From positions 1,837-47,837 of the forward strand of contig PS015220.1 in NCBI GenBank assembly GCA_048213135.1: DNA of 46,001 nt, written 5' to 3'. The notes under the pieces were generated by a model, which was given only the letters and a program-made list of their open reading frames with translations, searched no databases and was not told the origin of the DNA. The position numbers and the translations under genes were made by a program. Source of the DNA: Reclinomonas americana ATCC 50394. Lineage: Eukaryota. The first letter of the stretch is position 1, and each line of letters opens with the position of its first letter. Below are positions 45,383 through 46,001 of the stretch, in pieces.

Positions 45383-46001
45383 ATGAGTACAATACAACAA
45401 ACAGAGCCGTCTGCGGCGGCGGGGGCGGGGTCGGACGAGTCAATGTCGTCTGTTGCGTTGTCGATCGTCATGTCGTGTCCACGCGTCCAGTTGCTTTCTG
45501 ACACATGTCCACATGCGTGCAGAGTGCAAACAACTACGAGTGCATGCACAAGCTGGGCGAGGGCTCGTTCTCGCACGTGTTTCTGGGCAAGAACTGCGGT
45601 GCAGAGGCGGCGCCGTCGCAAGTGGCATTGAAGGTTTGTGTGGTCATCGGTGAAGTGATTGTTACGAGTCATGTCATGACTGACGATTCGCCCCCGTGCA
45701 GTACGTGTCGCTGCAGCATGCGCCACTGGTGGAGCAGGAGCTGGCGGTGTATGGACGGTTGTCAGAGGTGAGAGAGAGCGAGGGGAGTTGGCGTGTTGTC
45801 GTGTCGTAGATATTTTGGGCTTGTTGTTGTTCTGCACCCCGTCGATGTCGACCTGCATCACCCATTATTTTTTGGTTTGATGACAGTCGCCACCGGCGTT
45901 GCGAAAACACACGCTGCAACTGTGGGACTCGTACATTAGCGGCTACGATGCCGTCATGGTGTTGGATTACATGGAGCACGGATCGCTGGATGCGCTGCGG
46001 G
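45383..46001 (+). CDS. Ser/Thr protein kinase, 5' part (runs off the window end)
   Basis: LGEGSFSHVFLG Gly-loop, VALK, subdomain III 'EQELAVY', hinge 'MVLDYMEHGSLD', separated by GT-AG introns. Confidence 0.85.

Overview
This is gene-dense, GC-rich, intron-rich eukaryotic DNA, most consistent with a free-living bacterivorous protist (inferred; no taxon identified). Introns are mostly about 60-120 nt and rich in (CA)n/(GA)n, with GTGCGT/GTGAGT/GTTGCG donors. About 21 protein-coding genes can be reconstructed: a FAMeT-like+BTB/BACK protein, a coiled-coil protein, a VASt lipid-transfer protein, a secreted PHB depolymerase, a Cys-rich/Pro-rich membrane protein, a C8orf76-like protein, proteasome beta2, a tandem-PH protein, TrmO/TsaA, FPGS, a 42-aa tandem-repeat protein, WDR27, a COX20-like protein, a GH162 endo-beta-1,2-glucanase, a UDP-sugar dehydrogenase, OARD1/TARG1, a RING/TRAF-Zn protein, an alkaline ceramidase, an RI-type LRR protein, an ankyrin protein and a partial kinase. 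Main observations: (1) the RING gene ends through a chain of four or five consecutive single-codon (3-nt) microexons (TAT, TCG, CGA, GGG, GAG) inside a Btk-like Zn motif; (2) most N-gaps join base-perfectly in frame and three gap-bounded contigs are inverted, which explains the apparent TrmO-FPGS fusion and the palindromic repeat; (3) TrmO is intronless and bacterial-style, with a UBX/ubiquitin-like N-terminus; (4) an unrecognised 42-aa repeat protein shows mostly synonymous variation between copies; (5) the UDP-sugar dehydrogenase lacks the catalytic NPEF glutamate. All family calls rest on motif recognition without database searches.
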